Shown here piece by piece: positions 61,507 through 64,000 of a stretch of DNA of 64,000 nt (position 1 is the stretch's first letter; the number at the start of each line of letters is the position of its first letter). Made by a program: the position numbers and the translations under genes. Source of the stretch: an uncultured Candidatus Woesearchaeota archaeon (GTDB lineage Archaea; Nanobdellota; Nanobdellia; UBA10117); the NCBI GenBank assembly GCA_903864915.1, contig CAIPHS010000003.1, forward strand, positions 5,345 through 69,344. Direction: 5' to 3'. The notes below the pieces were generated by a model. That model was not told the origin of the DNA, searched no databases, and worked only from the letters and a program-made list of their open reading frames with translations.

Positions 61507-63252
61507 CTAATCGCGGAGTTTGTGGAAGAATCTTTTCAATTCATTTGCAGGTTTTGTATTTATTATGTTCTTTGCTTCTGCCCAGCCCTTCCTGGCTGTT
61601 GCAACCCCAAACCACATGTAACTGAGCTGGTTTAGGTCGTGCGCATCAGTATCTATCACAAGATTACATCCAGCGTCTATGGCTTCCTTAACATCGGCAT
61701 AATTCAAATCCAACCTTGTTGGGTTCGCGTCAACTTCCAAAGCAATTCCCTTATTTGCGCAGAACTTGAAGACTTGTCTCTTGTCAAAATCTATCGGCTC
61801 CCTCTGGTTTATCTTCCTGGTTGTCGGGTGCGCATATATGTTAACATATTTGTTGCCGAGAGCTTTGATTATGCGTTTAGTCATTTGCTCTTTTGGCATC
61901 TTGAAATTCCTGTGTATTGATGCAATCACAATATCTAGTTTTTTCAGAATATTATCTGAATAATCCAGTCTGCCATCTGCATGTATGTAAACTTCCGCGC
62001 CAGCAAGAACTTCGATACTTTTGTATTTTTTTGCAGCCAAACGAACCGCAGAAATATATTTTTCAAGCCGCTTTTCATCCATACCATTGGCTATGATGTC
62101 TGATTTTGAGTGGTCTGTAATTGCGATGTACTGATAACCAAGTTTCAAAGCAGCTTCAATCATCTGCTCTATAGTATTAGAGCCGTCTGACCATCTGGTA
62201 TGCAGATGCAAGTCGCCCTTGATGTCCTTTAATTGGACGAGATTTGGAAGTTTGCCTTTTTGCGCAGCCTCTATTTCCCCAAGATTTTCTCTTAATTCGG
62301 GCTCGATATATTTTAATCCAAGCTTCTTGTACACCTCTTCTTCTGTTCTTCCGGCAACCAGCTTGTTCGTCTTCCTGTCAAACAATCCATATTCGGATAA
62401 TTTGTAACCTTTCTTTATCGCAATGCCCCGTAGTTTTACATTATGGTCTATGTTGCCTGTGAAATACTGCAGCGCAGATCCATAACTTTTTTCAGGCAAT
62501 ACCCGGACATCAGCTCGTATTCCATCCCTGAGCACGATAGATGATTTTGTGTTTCCTTTTGCAAGGACCTGCCCGATTTCCGGTAGAGATGTGAAGTAAT
62601 TCATTATTTTGCTGCTTGTTGCAGCCTTGTTATCTTTTGGCACGACTAAAATATCAATATCGCCTATGGTTTCCTTCATTCTTCTCAGAGAGCCACCAGC
62701 AACTGCTGTCTTGATGTCCTTTAACTTCTTCAGCTGGCTGACAAGCGCTTGTGCAGTCGGGAAAGCTTCGCCCAAAAGCATTCTTTCTTTCCCTTTTTTG
62801 TGCAATTCTATGCCTGCGAGAATATTTTCCTCTGATTTTGCGCCAAAACCTTTGAGTTTTGCAAGCTTGTGCAGCCTAATCGCCTTTTCCAAGTTAGCAA
62901 CGGACTTTATATTCAGTTTTTGATACAGTAGTTTTGCTTTTTTCGGGCCTAAACTCTGGATTTCCATCATCTCTGCAAAACCTGATGGCAGTTTCTTCTT
63001 CTCCTTTTCGTACGCAGAAATTTTCCCGGTTTTAACATACTCAACAATCTTTTCAGCAATCCTTTCGCCAATGCCGGGCATCTCCTCAAGCGCCTTGATG
63101 CCTTTTTCCCCCAAGATGTCTTCAATCGGTTCCTGCAAGCTCTCTATAGAACGGGCTGCTTTCCTGTAGGCAGCAGGTTTCCATTGCACACCCCTGGCCT
63201 CAAGAATGTCAGCAAGATCATAGAATATTTTAGCAACCTCGAAGTTCAGCAT
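61507..63252 (-). CDS. polX: family X DNA polymerase with C-terminal PHP domain
   Basis: HhH motifs (LEEMPGIGERIAEKI, IQSLGPKKAKLL), the nucleotidyltransferase motif GGSLRRMKETIGDIDILV, and the PHP motif DLHLHTRWSDG...ITDHS. Confidence 0.9.
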   Translation of the reverse strand: MLNFEVAKIFYDLADILEARGVQWKPAAYRKAARSIESLQEPIEDILGEKGIKALEEMPGIGERIAEKIVEYVKTGKISAYEKEKKKLPSGFAEMMEIQSLGPKKAKLLYQKLNIKSVANLEKAIRLHKLAKLKGFGAKSEENILAGIELHKKGKERMLLGEAFPTAQALVSQLKKLKDIKTAVAGGSLRRMKETIGDIDILVVPKDNKAATSSKIMNYFTSLPEIGQVLAKGNTKSSIVLRDGIRADVRVLPEKSYGSALQYFTGNIDHNVKLRGIAIKKGYKLSEYGLFDRKTNKLVAGRTEEEVYKKLGLKYIEPELRENLGEIEAAQKGKLPNLVQLKDIKGDLHLHTRWSDGSNTIEQMIEAALKLGYQYIAITDHSKSDIIANGMDEKRLEKYISAVRLAAKKYKSIEVLAGAEVYIHADGRLDYSDNILKKLDIVIASIHRNFKMPKEQMTKRIIKALGNKYVNIYAHPTTRKINQREPIDFDKRQVFKFCANKGIALEVDANPTRLDLNYADVKEAIDAGCNLVIDTDAHDLNQLSYMWFGVATARKGWAEAKNIINTKPANELKRFFHKLRD

Positions 63253-63344
63253 TTTAATTTTCCCGAACTTTGATTAGCGAAAAGCGTTTCACTTTATCGA
63301 AGTTCAACATGGCCGTTTAAACTAGCTTAAGGAGAAATAAAAGC

Positions 63345-64000
63345 TTATTTCTTTCCATGTTTGCCATTTACGAATCGATACACACCAAGGCTTTTCAATA
63401 GCCTTCGTATGGCTGGTCTGTTAAGGAAATCATCAAGTTTGTGCATCTGCTCTATGAGTCCAAGCAATCCAAGCGCAAGCATGCCATACGCCATAGGAAT
63501 TAGCAGTGTGAAATTGTACGAGTAGCTATAACCGCCCGCCTTAATGATAATGGTTTCAAAAATCAAGTCGAATGCCATTACAAGTAGCGCTATTGCAAAA
63601 GCAGCAGTCCTGTTTTTTTCCTTGATGTTAAGGATTCCCCAAATGCCAATCGGCACAGCAAAAACCAGTTGATATGTATCCAACCCAAGGTATAATTCTC
63701 GGACATATATTGCCAGAGCAAAGATTGTTGTGAGATAAAGAAGCGTGTTCAGCTTGATTGGCGCTTTTATTTTGGATACGTTCATGAACACATATCTTAG
63801 CAAGACTCCACAAGAGAAGAAGAGGAAAATTAGTTCTATCGGAACTAAGCCTTTTATGAAGTAAATTGAATCAACATAGTGCCATTGCCCCCAATAAGTG
63901 CCAGAATATTCTGCGATAAAATCAATTGCTGCCAGCAGGAGCCCCACAAATATGTATTTTGAGGTATCGCGGAAATTTAATTTTGTAGCAGAATAAATGA
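63345..64000 (-). CDS. polytopic membrane protein, N-terminus beyond window
   Basis: The track starts at a GTG (63947), but the frame stays open to the window end (...IYSATKLNFRDTSKYIFVGLLLAAIDF). Five or six TM helices; no family recognised. Confidence 0.5.
   Translation of the reverse strand, partial: IYSATKLNFRDTSKYIFVGLLLAAIDFIAEYSGTYWGQWHYVDSIYFIKGLVPIELIFLFFSCGVLLRYVFMNVSKIKAPIKLNTLLYLTTIFALAIYVRELYLGLDTYQLVFAVPIGIWGILNIKEKNRTAAFAIALLVMAFDLIFETIIIKAGGYSYSYNFTLLIPMAYGMLALGLLGLIEQMHKLDDFLNRPAIRRLLKSLGVYRFVNGKHGKK

Noticed and set aside
1-64000. Search for CRISPR arrays, rRNA genes, integrases/transposases and terminal inverted repeats
   Set aside because: I found no regularly spaced short repeats, no rRNA-like stretches and no recombinase motifs. 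The only repeats are intragenic (Kelch blades) or between paralogous genes.

Overview
Archaeal chromosome fragment, tightly packed, with no rRNA, CRISPR array or recognisable mobile element. All information-processing genes are archaeal-type: aEF-1beta, FEN-1, TrpRS, Trm5, Dph5, TruD, Pelota, aIF2-alpha, S27e, L44e, GINS, primase, PolX, EndoQ and Hjc. A primase with PriS fused to a PriL C-terminal-like module, small genes and an AMP phosphorylase suggest a small-genome, DPANN-like archaeon; this is inference, with no taxonomic marker in the window. Three accessory regions stand out. (1) About 18.8-41.2 kb is a ~22-kb, almost unidirectional type IV pilus-like super-locus. It holds a divergent secretion ATPase, a FlaJ/TadC-like platform and about 17 proteins with class III (prepilin-like) signals or N-terminal anchors. 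These range from 56-aa helix-only peptides to a 712-aa PKD/FG-GAP protein, plus a 1090-aa Kelch + metallophosphoesterase surface protein. No prepilin peptidase or archaellum gene is in the window. (2) About 6.6-18.7 kb is a cluster of uncharacterised coiled-coil and membrane proteins. It includes a paralogous membrane family, a tandem duplicate with a 106-nt near-identical block, and an AbrB-like + JAB-like gene pair. (3) About 51.6-57.0 kb is an operon of secreted or lipobox proteins ending in a CARDB-like protein. A tRNA-Trp(CCA) gene with an intron-like insertion in the T-arm lies between trm5 and trpS and is masked by an over-extended ORF call. All functional calls rest on motifs read by eye; no database search was possible.
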